Source: Caulobacteraceae bacterium (GTDB lineage Bacteria; Pseudomonadota; Alphaproteobacteria; Caulobacterales; Caulobacteraceae). Taken from it: a stretch of 64,000 nt of DNA. Shown here piece after piece: positions 12,401-22,210 of this stretch (positions within the stretch are counted from its first letter, which is position 1; every line of letters starts with the position of its first letter). Position numbers and translations under genes: made by a program. The stretch lies in contig JAFBAO010000107.1 in the NCBI GenBank assembly GCA_019247715.1, positions 24,377 through 88,376 of the forward strand, written 5' to 3'. The notes under the pieces are model-generated. The model saw nothing but the letters and a program-made list of their open reading frames with translations, was not told the origin of the DNA and did not search any database.

Positions 12401-12425
12401 GGAACCGATCTGAAGCGGGCGCGTT
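12401..12425 (+). promoter_or_regulatory. SigT/EcfG (general stress response) promoter upstream of mucR
   Basis: Exact GGAAC-N16-CGTT, ending 43 nt before the mucR ATG. Confidence 0.7.
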
Positions 12426-12468
12426 TGCGGCGCACGCGCAGGGATCGGCTTCCCGAGGTCGGAGACAC

Positions 12469-12918
12469 ATGGAGAAAGACGAAGAAGCCGGCGTTTCCTC
12501 TACCGATCTGCTTCGCGCGAGCGCCGAGATCGTCGCCGCCTACGTCCAGCGCAATCCGGTCGCCGCCACGGCCTTGCCGGAGCTGATCGGCCGGGTGCGG
12601 GGCGTCCTGGCCAACCTCGGCGAGCAGCCGCCGCCCTCTCGCGCCCGGCTCTCGCGCCAGAAGCCGGCCGTTCCGATCAGCCGCTCCGTGCAGCACGACT
12701 ACATCGTCTGCCTCGAGGACGGCAAACGGCTGAAGATGCTGAAGCGCTACCTGCGATCGCGCTACAACCTCAGCCCCGAGGAATACCGCCGAAAATGGGG
12801 GCTGACGCCCGACTATCCCATGGTGGCCCCGGCCTACGCGGAGCGCCGATCGGACTTCGCCAAACGCATCGGCCTCGGCCGCGGCGTCCGCGGCGGCGCT
12901 AACGCCGGGAAAGGCTGA
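12469..12918 (+). CDS. mucR: Ros/MucR family zinc-finger regulator
   Basis: KPAVPISRSVQHDYIVCLEDGKRLKMLKRYL...EEYRRKWGL..DYPMVAPAYA; RBS ggag before ATG 12469. Confidence 0.93.
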   Translation: MEKDEEAGVSSTDLLRASAEIVAAYVQRNPVAATALPELIGRVRGVLANLGEQPPPSRARLSRQKPAVPISRSVQHDYIVCLEDGKRLKMLKRYLRSRYNLSPEEYRRKWGLTPDYPMVAPAYAERRSDFAKRIGLGRGVRGGANAGKG

Positions 12919-12927
12919 GCCGTCCGG

Positions 12928-14160
12928 TCAGGCCGCGACGCCGCCCAGGCGCGCCACGTTGCACTTGGCCCAGAGCTGTTCCAGCGCGCCGGTCAGATGG
13001 TCCATCATCGCGTCGGTGTGGAAGGGCGTGGGCGTGAACCGCAGCCGCTCGGTCCCGCGCGGCACGGTGGGATAGTTGATCGGCTGGACATAGACGCCGT
13101 AGTCGGCGAGCAGCATGTCCGAGATCATCTTGCAGTGCACAGGATCCCCCACCAGGACCGGCACGATGTGGCTCAGCGAAGGCATCACCGGCAGGCCGGC
13201 GGCGGCGAATCTCGCCTTCAGGGCGGCCGCCCGCTCCTGGTGGCGCTCGCGGATCTCGTTGTGCTGTTTCAACCAGCGGATCGAGGCGAGGGCGCCGGCG
13301 GTCAGCGCCGGGGGAAGGGAGGTCGTGAAGATGAAGCCTCCCGCATAGGAGCGGATGGCGTCCACCATTTCCGAATCGGCGGCGATGTAGCCCCCCATCA
13401 CCCCGAAGGCCTTGCCGAGCGTGCCCTCGATGATGTCGATGTCGGCGGCCGCACGGTCGCGCTCCGAGACGCCGCCGCCGCGGGGCCCGTACATGCCGAC
13501 CGCGTGGACCTCGTCGAGGTAGGTGAGCGCTGCGTACTTCTTGGCCAGCGCCGCGGTTCCGGCGATGTCGGAGATGTCGCCGTCCATCGAATAGACGCTC
13601 TCGAAAGCCACCAGCTTGGGCGCGGCGGGCGGCGCCTCGGCAAGCAGGGCCTCCAGATGTTCGAGGTCGTTGTGGCGGCAAATCTTCCGCGGTCCGCCCC
13701 CGTGGCGGATTCCGGCGATCATCGAGGCGTGGTTGAGCTCGTCGGAGAAGATGATCAGCCCGGGAAGGATCCTCTGCAGGGTCTCCAGGGTCGCCTCGTT
13801 GGAGACATAGCCCGAGGTGAAGAGGAGGGCGCCGGCCTTCCCGTGCAGGTCCGCGAGCTCGGCCTCCAGTTCCACATGGTAGTGGGTGGTCCCGGAGATG
13901 TTGCGGGTGCCGCCCGAGCCGGAGCCGGCCTCGTCGATCGCCCGGTGCATCGCCTCCAGCACCACCGGGTTCTGGCCCTGGCCGAGGTAATCGTTGGAGC
14001 ACCAGACCACCACGTCGCGCGGGTCGCCCGTAGGCGGGGTCCAGGTCGCCATGGGGAAGTCGCCGCGGCGCCGCTTCAAGTCGGCGAACACCCGGTACCG
14101 GCCCTCGGAGCGCACCTGCTCCACGGCGTTCCGGATGGCGGCCTGGTAGTCGATGGGCAA
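12928..14160 (-). CDS. hemA: 5-aminolevulinate synthase
   Basis: [35 protein letters not shown] (PLP Lys), LRFTPTPFH. Confidence 0.96.
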   Translation of the reverse strand: MPIDYQAAIRNAVEQVRSEGRYRVFADLKRRRGDFPMATWTPPTGDPRDVVVWCSNDYLGQGQNPVVLEAMHRAIDEAGSGSGGTRNISGTTHYHVELEAELADLHGKAGALLFTSGYVSNEATLETLQRILPGLIIFSDELNHASMIAGIRHGGGPRKICRHNDLEHLEALLAEAPPAAPKLVAFESVYSMDGDISDIAGTAALAKKYAALTYLDEVHAVGMYGPRGGGVSERDRAAADIDIIEGTLGKAFGVMGGYIAADSEMVDAIRSYAGGFIFTTSLPPALTAGALASIRWLKQHNEIRERHQERAAALKARFAAAGLPVMPSLSHIVPVLVGDPVHCKMISDMLLADYGVYVQPINYPTVPRGTERLRFTPTPFHTDAMMDHLTGALEQLWAKCNVARLGGVAA

Positions 14161-14304
14161 CGGGCAGTCTCCGAAAGTTCAAGCCTACGCCCTCGGGCGG
14201 CGGCTCCTCGCAAAGGCCAGTCGCACGGGCGACGTCAACCTGTCATCTAAGGACTTTTGCGGAGATGTTAAAGCCGCTTCGCTTGTGCGGGCTTGACCGG
14301 AAGC

Positions 14305-15201
14305 TCAGCCGAGCTCGGCAAGGCGGCCACGCAAGAGCTGCAGCACGGCCGAAAAGTCCCTCGCGCCGTACCCCAGGCGCTCGAACAGGGCGAAGAGGGC
14401 CTCGGCCTGGGCCCCGAGCGGGGTGGCGGCGCCGGCCTTGGCGGCGGCCTCCTGAGCGAGCTTGAGATCCTTGAGCATCAGGCGGGTCAGGAAGCCGCCC
14501 TCGTAGTTGCGGTTGGAGGGCGCCTCGGGGACCTGGCCCGGCCAGGGGCAGTAGGTGGTGAGCGACCAGCACTGGGCGGACGACTGGGCCGCGATCTCGA
14601 AGAACTTCTCTGGGGCGAGGTCGAGCTTCTCGGCCAGGGCGAAGGCCTCGCAGAGGCCCAGCATCGAGATGCCGAGCACCATGTTGTTGCAGATCTTGGC
14701 GGCCTGGCCGGCCCCCGGCCCGCCCGCGCGGATCACCGCCCGGCCCATGGGCGCCAGGAGGGTCTGGACGCGCGGGAAATCGGCCTCGTCGCAGCCTACC
14801 ATGAAGGCGAGCGTCCCGGCCTGGGCGGCCATGATCCCGCCCGAGACCGGGGCGTCCACGAACGTCCGCCCGACGCCGGCGGCCGCCGCCGCGAGCGCGC
14901 GCGCACTTTCCACGTCGATGGTCGAGCAGTCGATGATGAGCGCATCCCTGGGCGCGTTAGGCAGGATGTCGCGCTCGAAAACGCGCCTCACCTCGGCGGC
15001 CGCGGGGAGCATGGTGATCACCGCCTCGGCCTCTCGGACCGCTTCCGCGGCGCTGGCGCTGACGCCGCAGCCCGCGGCCTCGGCCGCCGCTAGCGCCGCC
15101 GGCGAAAGGTCGAACGCGGCCACCCGCTGCTGGGATCTGGCGAGGTTGGCCGCCATCCCGGCGCCCATGTTCCCAAGCCCTATGAAGGCGATCGTGGCCA
15201 C
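14305..15201 (-). CDS. mmsB: 3-hydroxyisobutyrate dehydrogenase
   Basis: FIGLGNMG, ITMLP, DAPVSGG..AAQAGTLAFMVG, AKICNNM, YCPWPG.VP..PSNRNYEGGF. Confidence 0.85.
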   Translation of the reverse strand: MATIAFIGLGNMGAGMAANLARSQQRVAAFDLSPAALAAAEAAGCGVSASAAEAVREAEAVITMLPAAAEVRRVFERDILPNAPRDALIIDCSTIDVESARALAAAAAGVGRTFVDAPVSGGIMAAQAGTLAFMVGCDEADFPRVQTLLAPMGRAVIRAGGPGAGQAAKICNNMVLGISMLGLCEAFALAEKLDLAPEKFFEIAAQSSAQCWSLTTYCPWPGQVPEAPSNRNYEGGFLTRLMLKDLKLAQEAAAKAGAATPLGAQAEALFALFERLGYGARDFSAVLQLLRGRLAELG

Positions 15202-15202
15202 T

Positions 15203-15970
15203 TCAGCGCGCTCGGCCGGGCTTCTGGAACTTGAGGAGGAACTGGTCGGTGTGGCCCCGGATGGAAGGATCGAAGACCTTCAGGGTGTGAGGGTCGGACC
15301 GATTGCGCAGCGCCTCGCTCTCGCCCACCAGCCTGAACCCGACGCTCTCGATCTCCTGCTTCACGAACGCCTCGTCGATCCGATGCAACGCGTCGACGCT
15401 CTGCAGACCCGTTCCGGCGGCCGCCGCGTGGTCCTCGATGAAGAATATCCCGCCGGGCCTCAGGGCCGCGTAGATCGTCCGGTCGAGGGCGACCACGTCC
15501 TGATGGAACTTGCTCAGGTGCAGGTCGTGGTAGTTCTGCGAGGTCCAGACCATGTCGACCGGCCCAGCCTGGCCGATCGCCTCCGGCGTCATGGCGATCT
15601 CGCCCACGTTGGCGAAATGCGGGTCGGCGGCGACCCCGTTCGAAACCTGACGGACGTCCGCGGCGGCCACCTGCGGAACGGCCTCGGCGACATGTCCCTG
15701 CGGGCCGACCACGCCGCTCAGCAGCCGGGTGAAGTAGCCCTTGCCCGGGATCAGCTCGAGCACCCTCCAGCCCGGCTTTACGCCCGCGAAAGTGAGCACC
15801 GCGGCCGGCTTGCGCGCTTCGTCGCGGGCGACGTCCTCGGCCGGCCGGGCCGGGTTGGCGACGGCGGCGGCGACATAGGCGGGGACGGCGGAGGGAACTT
15901 CGGCGCCGACCGGGACGCATACCCCCGCGGTCAAGGCGGCGATGAGGACCAGGACCCCGGATTTCTTCAT
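15203..15970 (-). CDS. Predicted class I SAM-dependent methyltransferase with signal peptide (COG4798-like)
   Basis: RDEARKP..VLTFAGVKPGWRVLELIPGKGYFTRLLS, QNYHDL, LHRID. Confidence 0.75.
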   Translation of the reverse strand: MKKSGVLVLIAALTAGVCVPVGAEVPSAVPAYVAAAVANPARPAEDVARDEARKPAAVLTFAGVKPGWRVLELIPGKGYFTRLLSGVVGPQGHVAEAVPQVAAADVRQVSNGVAADPHFANVGEIAMTPEAIGQAGPVDMVWTSQNYHDLHLSKFHQDVVALDRTIYAALRPGGIFFIEDHAAAAGTGLQSVDALHRIDEAFVKQEIESVGFRLVGESEALRNRSDPHTLKVFDPSIRGHTDQFLLKFQKPGRAR

Positions 15971-16067
15971 GCGCGCCACTCCTGCCCGGCCCCCTGAAGC
16001 TTCTATCGCGCCGAGCGGGCGCGTGTCATTCGCCTTGCGGCCGATCTCGGCCTATAGCTCGCCAGCC

Positions 16068-17084
16068 ATGACCCAGCCTCCGCTCGCCCCCTATCCCGCT
16101 CTGCGCTTGCGGCGCCTGCGTCAGGCCGACTGGATCCGCAGACTGGTGCGCGAGACGACCCTGACGCCGGCCGACCTCGTCTGGTCGGCGGTGGTCCACG
16201 AGGGCGAGGGACGCATCCCGGTGGCCTCGATGCCCGGCGTGGAGCGGCTGTCGGTGGCCGAGGCCGCCAAGGCGGCGCGCGAAGCGCGTGCGCTCGGGGT
16301 GCCGGCCATCGCCGTCTTCCCCCACATCGACGCCGGCCGAAAGGATCAGGCCGGGTCGGCCGCCGAGGATCCGGACGGCCTCGTGGCCCGGGCGGTCAAG
16401 GCTATGAAGGACGCGGCCCCCGAAGTCGGGGTCCTGTGCGACGTGGCCCTCGACCCCTTCACCGACCACGGCCACGACGGGATCATCGAGGGCGGCCGGA
16501 TCCTCAATGATGCGACCATCGAGCGCCTGGTGGCCCAGGGACTAATGCAGGCGAGAGCCGGCTGCGACATTTTGGCGCCCTCCGACATGATGGACGGCCG
16601 CGTCGGCGTCTTGCGGCGGGCGCTGGAGGCGGAGGGCCTTCAGGACACCATGATCATGTCCTACGCCGCCAAATACGCCTCGGCCTTCTACGGTCCCTAC
16701 CGCGAGGCGATCGGCTCCGGGAAGCTGGGCTCGGGGCCGAGCGCGAATCCGGGCGACAAGAAGACCTACCAGATGGACTTCGCCAACACCGACGAGGCCC
16801 TCAGGGAAGTCGCCCTCGACATCGCCGAGGGCGCCGACATGGTGATGGTCAAGCCCGGCCTGCCCTACCTCGACATCGTCCGGCGGGTGGTGGAAGCCTT
16901 CGCCATGCCCACCTTCGCCTTTCAGGTCTCCGGCGAGTACGCGATGATCATGGCCGCGGCGAAGAACGGCTGGCTCGACGAGGAGCGGTCGATCCTGGAG
17001 AGCCTCGGCGCCTTCAAGCGGGCCGGCTGTGCGGGGATCATCACCTACTTCGCGCCGGTCGCGGCGCGGCTGCTCGGGGCGTAG
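16068..17084 (+). CDS. hemB: Porphobilinogen synthase
   Basis: RLRRLR, DVALDPFTDHGHDG (non-Cys metal-B site), APSDMMDG, YAAKYASAFYGP, VMVKPG. Confidence 0.96.
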   Translation: MTQPPLAPYPALRLRRLRQADWIRRLVRETTLTPADLVWSAVVHEGEGRIPVASMPGVERLSVAEAAKAAREARALGVPAIAVFPHIDAGRKDQAGSAAEDPDGLVARAVKAMKDAAPEVGVLCDVALDPFTDHGHDGIIEGGRILNDATIERLVAQGLMQARAGCDILAPSDMMDGRVGVLRRALEAEGLQDTMIMSYAAKYASAFYGPYREAIGSGKLGSGPSANPGDKKTYQMDFANTDEALREVALDIAEGADMVMVKPGLPYLDIVRRVVEAFAMPTFAFQVSGEYAMIMAAAKNGWLDEERSILESLGAFKRAGCAGIITYFAPVAARLLGA

Positions 17085-17087
17085 GGC

Positions 17088-17948
17088 TCAGCCGTCGCGC
17101 ATCAGCCGGGCGGCCAGGCTGGAGGTGTCCCAGCGGCCGCCGCCCAGGGCCTGCACCTCGGCGTAGAACTGGTCGACGAGGGCGGTGACCTCCAGCCGCG
17201 CTCCGTTGGATCGCGCCTCGTCGAGCACCAGCCTCAGGTCCTTGCGCATCCAGTCCACCGCGAAGCCGAAGTCGAACTTGCCCTCGGCCATGGTCCGCCA
17301 ACGGTTGTCCATCTGCCAGGACTGGGCCGCGCCCTGCGAGATCGCTTCGCAGACTGCGGTGGGGTCGAGGCCGGCGCGGTGGGCGAAGTGGACCGCCTCG
17401 GCCAGGCCCTGGACGACGCCGGCGATGCAGATCTGGTTCACGAACTTGGTGAGCTGGCCGGCGCCCGGACCGCCCATGTGGCGGATCGCCTTGGCGTAGA
17501 CCCCGATGACCGGCGCCGCCCGCTCCAGCGCCGCGGCCTCGCCGCCGACCATGATCGCGAGCTGGCCCGCCTCGGCGCCGGCCTGACCGCCCGAGACCGG
17601 GGCGTCGAGGAAGGAGACGCCCCGGGCCTGCGCCTCGTCGGCCAGGGCCCTGGCGAGCTTCGCCGAGGCGGTGGTGTGGTCGACCAGGATCGCCCCCTCG
17701 GCGAGGGCGGGCAGGGCCGCGTCGGCCACCTGGCGCACGTCCGCGTCGTCGCCCACACAGAGCGCCGCGAGCTCGGCCCCCGCCACCGCCTCGGCGATGC
17801 TGAAGGCGGCCCGCCCGCCGTACTCTGCGACCCATCGCTCGGCCTTGGCCGGCGTGCGGTTGAACACCGAGACCTCGTGCCCTGCCCGCGCCAGGTGTCC
17901 GGCCATCGGGTAGCCCATCACGCCCAGGCCGATGAACGCTGTCCGCAT
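17088..17948 (-). CDS. NAD(P)-dependent beta-hydroxyacid dehydrogenase (GarR/GlxR-like)
   Basis: FIGLGVMG, DAPVSGGQAGA..GQLAIMVGG, GQLTKFVNQ, DWMRKDL. Confidence 0.85.
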   Translation of the reverse strand: MRTAFIGLGVMGYPMAGHLARAGHEVSVFNRTPAKAERWVAEYGGRAAFSIAEAVAGAELAALCVGDDADVRQVADAALPALAEGAILVDHTTASAKLARALADEAQARGVSFLDAPVSGGQAGAEAGQLAIMVGGEAAALERAAPVIGVYAKAIRHMGGPGAGQLTKFVNQICIAGVVQGLAEAVHFAHRAGLDPTAVCEAISQGAAQSWQMDNRWRTMAEGKFDFGFAVDWMRKDLRLVLDEARSNGARLEVTALVDQFYAEVQALGGGRWDTSSLAARLMRDG

Positions 17949-18033
17949 GCTGCTCCCGCACACCGAAGTTTAACGACCCGCGGCGACCTTCGCCTAGCGG
18001 CAAGACCGCCTTAACCCAATTCTAGGACGCGCC

Positions 18034-18918
18034 ATGGCCGTCGGCGAAGCGCCCATCGTCATCAAGAAGGTCAAGAAGGGCGGCCACGATGGACACCACG
18101 GCGGCGCCTGGAAGGTGGCCTACGCCGACTTCGTCACCGCGATGATGGCGTTCTTCCTGCTCATGTGGCTGATCAACACCACCAGTCCCGAGCAGAAGCG
18201 CGGGATCGCTGACTATTTCGCCCCCGCCTCGGTCTCCGAAACCACCAGCGGCTCGGGCGGGATCCTAGGCGGCGCCTCGCTGGCCAACACCGGCTCGAAG
18301 GGCTCGGGCTCCAAGGATGTGATCCAGGCGCTGGCGCCCGAGGCGCCGCCCAACGTCACCGACACCGGCCAGAGCCAGCACCAAGCCAGCCCCCAGAGCG
18401 AAAGCGCCTCCCAGAAGGAGGAGGACGCGGCCTTCGCCAGCGCCGCCCAGTCGCTGCGCCAGGCGATGCAGGACCTGCCGGAGCTGGCCGAGCTCTCCAA
18501 GCAGATGATCGTCGACCAGACGCCGGAGGGGTTGCGGATCCAGCTGGTCGACCAGGAAGGCCGCTCGATGTTCAAGGAGGGCTCGGCCGAACCGAACGAC
18601 CGGGCGCGCGTTCTCCTGAAGGCCGTGGCGAAGGTCATCAATCAGCTCCGCAACCGGATCACCATCGCGGGCCACACCAGCGCCAGCCCCGGGGGGGCCA
18701 AGCCCGCCTCGGACTGGGTGCTGTCGGCCGCCCGGGCCGACGCCTCGCGCCAGATCCTCCAGGGCGCAGGGGTGGACGCCGACCGGATCTACCAGGTGGC
18801 CGGCAAGGCCACCTCCGACCCGCTCTATCCCGACGATCCGGCCTTGCCGGGCAATCGCCGGATCACCATCGTACTGCTCCGCGAAGCGCCCGTTCTGCCT
18901 CCGGATTCCGGCTTGTGA
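18034..18918 (+). CDS. motB: Flagellar motor stator protein MotB
   Basis: GAWKVAYADFVTAMMAFFLLMW, C-terminal OmpA-like domain (WVLSAARA, NRRITI). Confidence 0.93.
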   Translation: MAVGEAPIVIKKVKKGGHDGHHGGAWKVAYADFVTAMMAFFLLMWLINTTSPEQKRGIADYFAPASVSETTSGSGGILGGASLANTGSKGSGSKDVIQALAPEAPPNVTDTGQSQHQASPQSESASQKEEDAAFASAAQSLRQAMQDLPELAELSKQMIVDQTPEGLRIQLVDQEGRSMFKEGSAEPNDRARVLLKAVAKVINQLRNRITIAGHTSASPGGAKPASDWVLSAARADASRQILQGAGVDADRIYQVAGKATSDPLYPDDPALPGNRRITIVLLREAPVLPPDSGL

Positions 18919-19007
18919 GAGGGGGCGGAACTCTTGCCTAGAAGCGCGCTTTGCCGCCTAATCAGGAGGGATCTTCCCTTGCTCTTGGAGGCGAGCTGCG
19001 CACTGCT

Positions 19008-19766
19008 GTGACCCAGCACTTTTCCACCCGCCAGCTTCGGTTCTTCCTGACCGCGCCCTCGCCGTGTCCTTACCTACCCGGCCGCGAGGAACGGAAGGTG
19101 TTCGCCCATCTGCCGCTGCTCGAGGGGGCGGCGGTGAACGACAGCCTGACCCAGGGCGGCTTCCGCCGCTCCCAGAACATCGCCTACCGACCGGCCTGCG
19201 AGAACTGCTCGGCCTGCGTCTCGGCGCGCCTGCCGGCGGCGGACTACATCTTCTCGCGCTCGGAGAAGCGCGTGCTGGCGCGCAACGGATCGCTTGGCCG
19301 CCACGTGGTGGAAGCCGAGGCCACCCGCGAACAGTTCGAGCTGCTGCGCCGCTATCTGACCTCCAGACACGCGGGCGGGGGCATGGCGGAGATGACCTGG
19401 CCAGACTACGTGGCCATGGTCGAGGACACCGCCGTCAGGACTCACCTGGTGGAGTATCGCGAGCCTTCCAAGGACCGCGGACCGGGCGACCTCGCCGCCT
19501 GCGTGCTGGTGGACCAGCTCTCCGACGGGCTTTCGCTCGTCTACAGCTTCTACGAGCCGACATTCACCCGTCGCAGCCTCGGCTCCTTCGTCATCCTCGA
19601 CCACGTCATCCAGGCGGGGCTGGTGGACTTGCCCTACGTCTACCTGGGCTACTGGGTCGAGGGCAGCCAGAAGATGAACTACAAGGCCCGTTTCCGGCCG
19701 CTGGAGCTGCTGCGCGCCGACGGATGGATGAGAGTCTCCCGGGGCCGGGCCGACGGGCCGGCCTAG
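19008..19766 (+). CDS. bpt: Aspartate/glutamate leucyltransferase (Bpt, ATE1-like)
   Basis: PCPYLPGR.ERK, GFRRSQ..AYRPACENC.AC, LSLVYSFY, SLGSF.IL, YVYLGYWV..S.KMNYK. Confidence 0.9.
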   Translation: MTQHFSTRQLRFFLTAPSPCPYLPGREERKVFAHLPLLEGAAVNDSLTQGGFRRSQNIAYRPACENCSACVSARLPAADYIFSRSEKRVLARNGSLGRHVVEAEATREQFELLRRYLTSRHAGGGMAEMTWPDYVAMVEDTAVRTHLVEYREPSKDRGPGDLAACVLVDQLSDGLSLVYSFYEPTFTRRSLGSFVILDHVIQAGLVDLPYVYLGYWVEGSQKMNYKARFRPLELLRADGWMRVSRGRADGPA

Positions 19767-19790
19767 AGGTTCACTTTCGCGGAACGCAAC

Positions 19791-20351
19791 CTAGGCGGTC
19801 TTCTCCACCTGCGCGTACTCGAGCTCGACCGGCGTCGCGCGGCCGAAGATGGAGACGGTGACGCGCAGCCGGGCGCGTTCCTCGTCGACCTGCTCCACCG
19901 AGCCGTTGAAGCTGGCGAAGGGGCCGTCGATGACCCGGACGGTCTCGCCGATCTCGAAGGTGATGGTGGGCTTGGGCCGCTCCACGCCCTCCTCGATGGC
20001 CCCGATGATCCTGGCCACCTCCCGCTCGGAGATCGGCATCGGCTTGTTGCCGCTGCCGAGGAAGCCGGTCACCTTCGGGGTGTTCTTCACCAGGTGATAG
20101 GCCTCGTCGCTCATGTCCATCTTCACCAGCACGTAGCCGGGGAAGAATTTGCGCTCGGCGTTCACCTTGCGCCCGCGGCGGATCTCCACCACGTCCTCGG
20201 TGGGGACCAGGATCTCCCAGAAAGCGTCCTCCAGACCCTGAGCGCGCGCCTGCTCGCGGATCGACTCGGCCACCTTCTTCTCGAAGTTCGAGTAGGCGTG
20301 GACGATGTACCACTTGTGATTGAGATCGGTGCGGATTGCGGTTTCGTTCAT
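19791..20351 (-). CDS. nusG: Transcription elongation factor NusG
   Basis: WYIVHAYSNFE, FFPGYVLV, KOW VRVIDGPFASF, SIFGRATPVEL. Confidence 0.98.
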   Translation of the reverse strand: MNETAIRTDLNHKWYIVHAYSNFEKKVAESIREQARAQGLEDAFWEILVPTEDVVEIRRGRKVNAERKFFPGYVLVKMDMSDEAYHLVKNTPKVTGFLGSGNKPMPISEREVARIIGAIEEGVERPKPTITFEIGETVRVIDGPFASFNGSVEQVDEERARLRVTVSIFGRATPVELEYAQVEKTA

Positions 20352-20356
20352 CTCGC

Positions 20357-20665
20357 CTACTCGGCCCCGCCGAATTTCAGGAACCAGCGCATCGCCAGGC
20401 CGAAGACCGCGTCCACCCCGAAGAAGAAGAGGGCGGCGGCCACGACCATGATCCCCACCATCACCGAGGTGATCCAGGTCTCCTTCCAGCTCGTCCAGGT
20501 GACCTTGCGGGCTTCGGCGCGGACCTCGCGGAAGAACCGCGGCAGCCCGTTGATCCAGTCGGCGAGGTTGCCCCCCTTCCGGCTCGACTCGGCGGCCGCG
20601 CCGGCGCCGCGGACGGCGGCGCGCGGACGTATCGCGGTGGGAACGGGGCCCTGATCCTTGGCCAT
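20357..20665 (-). CDS. secE: Preprotein translocase subunit SecE
   Basis: FFREVRAEARKVTWTSWKET plus a single TM helix; directly upstream of nusG. Confidence 0.93.
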   Translation of the reverse strand: MAKDQGPVPTAIRPRAAVRGAGAAAESSRKGGNLADWINGLPRFFREVRAEARKVTWTSWKETWITSVMVGIMVVAAALFFFGVDAVFGLAMRWFLKFGGAE

Positions 20666-20723
20666 CGGCTCTCTTCGAACTCTCGCGGGCGGCGGAAGGC
20701 TCCGCCTGACAGGGGTTATATAG

Positions 20724-20799
20724 TGGCAGGAGTGGAGGGACTCGAACCCACGGCCCTCGGTTTTGGAGACCGATGCTCTACCAGCTGAGCTACACTCCT
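20724..20799 (-). tRNA. tRNA-Trp (CCA)
   Basis: Cloverleaf AGGAGTG...TCGGT CTCCAAA ACCGA...CACTCCT G CCA; upstream of secE. Confidence 0.97.
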
Positions 20800-20940
20800 A
20801 GAACTCTCCGGCAACGAGCAAAGCGCCGGGAGCGGCCTTTGCCCGCCGGCGCGTTCGGCTCATCGCCGCAGGAGCGTCCGTTTAGCAGGGCGCCTTTCGG
20901 GCGGCAAGCGGACCCTATGCGGCGGCCCGAGGCGCGTGCG

Positions 20941-21015
20941 TGGCAGGCCGGGTGGGGATTGAACCCACGACCACTCGATTAAAAGTCGAGTGCTCTACCG
21001 CTGAGCTACCGGCCC
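20941..21015 (-). tRNA. tRNA-Lys (TTT)
   Basis: GGGCCGG TA GCTC AGCGGTA GAGC A CTCGA CTTTTAA TCGAG TGGTC GTGGG TTCAATC CCCAC CCGGCCT G CCA. Confidence 0.93.
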
Positions 21016-21097
21016 CCGCGAGCCCCGCCCGGCGAAGGAGGCCGGAACTTAAGAGGATGCCCCGGCTCCGGCAAGCGAAGGACGGACAGCAGAACGT

Positions 21098-22210
21098 TCA
21101 GCCCTCCGCCGCCGCCTTGACGCGCCGCCGCAGGGTCGCGAGCCGCCCCTCGGCGATGGCGGCTCTGAGCTCGGCCGTCAGCGCCTGGAAGAAGGCGACG
21201 TTGTGCCAGGAGAGGAGCACCTGACCGAGGATCTCCTGCGACTTCACCAGGTGATGGAGGTAGGCCTTCGAATAGTCGCGGCTGGCGGGGCAGGCGCTGC
21301 CCGGGTCGAGCGGCTCGGCGTCCTCGGCGAAGCGGGCGTTCTTGAGGTTGATCGGGCCGCCCCAGGTCCAGGCTTGTCCATGGCGCCCGGACCGGGTCGG
21401 CAAGACACAGTCGAACATGTCCACGCCCCTCGCCACGGCTTCGACGATGTCCTGTGGCGTGCCCACGCCCATCAGGTAGCGCGGCCGGTCGGGCGGCAGC
21501 ATGGCGGGCGCATAGTCTAGCGCCTCGCACATCGCCTCATGCCCCTCGCCCACCGCCAGACCCCCGATGGCGTAGCCGTCGAAGCCGGTGTCGATCAGCC
21601 GTTCGGCGGATTCGCGGCGCAAATTCTCGAACGTCGAACCCTGCTGGATGGCGAACAGCGCCTGCCCTTCGCGCCCGCCGAAAGCGGCCTTGCAGCGGGC
21701 GGCCCAGCGCGCGGACAACCGCATCGCCTCGGCCGCGCGCGCCGCTTCGGCCGGCCAGGCGACGCACTCGTCGAGCTGCATGACGATGTCGGCGCCCAGC
21801 AGGTCCGCCTGGATCTCGATGGAGCGCTCCGGCGACAGCACGTGGGCCGCCCCGTCCAGGTGGCTCCGAAAGGTCACCGCCTCCTCGGTGACCGTGGCGA
21901 TCCTGGAGAGGCTCATCACCTGGAAGCCCCCTGAATCGGTGAGGATCGGCCCGTCCCAGCGCATGAAGGCGTGGAGGCCGCCCAGCCGGGCTACCCGTTC
22001 GGCCCCAGGCCTCAACATCAGGTGATAGGTGTTGCCGAGCAGGATGTCCGCCCCGGCCGCGCGCACTTGCTCGACGGTGAGGGCCTTGACCGTCCCGGCG
22101 GTTCCCACCGGCATGAAGGCGGGCGTGCGGACCGGCCCGCGGGGCGTCTCCAGCACCCCCGTCCGCGCCTCGCCGTCGCGGGCCGCGATGTGAAAAGGGA
22201 AGGCGGCCAT
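21098..22210 (-). CDS. tgt: Queuine tRNA-guanine transglycosylase
   Basis: [51 protein letters not shown]. Confidence 0.97.
   Translation of the reverse strand: MAAFPFHIAARDGEARTGVLETPRGPVRTPAFMPVGTAGTVKALTVEQVRAAGADILLGNTYHLMLRPGAERVARLGGLHAFMRWDGPILTDSGGFQVMSLSRIATVTEEAVTFRSHLDGAAHVLSPERSIEIQADLLGADIVMQLDECVAWPAEAARAAEAMRLSARWAARCKAAFGGREGQALFAIQQGSTFENLRRESAERLIDTGFDGYAIGGLAVGEGHEAMCEALDYAPAMLPPDRPRYLMGVGTPQDIVEAVARGVDMFDCVLPTRSGRHGQAWTWGGPINLKNARFAEDAEPLDPGSACPASRDYSKAYLHHLVKSQEILGQVLLSWHNVAFFQALTAELRAAIAEGRLATLRRRVKAAAEG

Noticed and set aside
14305-17948. Two beta-hydroxyacid dehydrogenase paralogs flanking hemB as a special cluster
   Set aside because: Divergent, common paralogs with no sign of recent duplication or shared regulation
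18011-18025. Possible CtrA box upstream of motB (TTAA-N7-CTAG)
   Set aside because: The second half-site deviates at two positions; biologically plausible but not supportable from sequence alone
19791-20799. secE-nusG separated from tuf and rplK-rplA
   Set aside because: As recalled, nusG is also unlinked from rplK in Caulobacter, so this is probably a lineage norm
20724-21015. tRNA genes as prophage or island attachment sites
   Set aside because: No integrase and no duplicated tRNA 3' end seen elsewhere in the window
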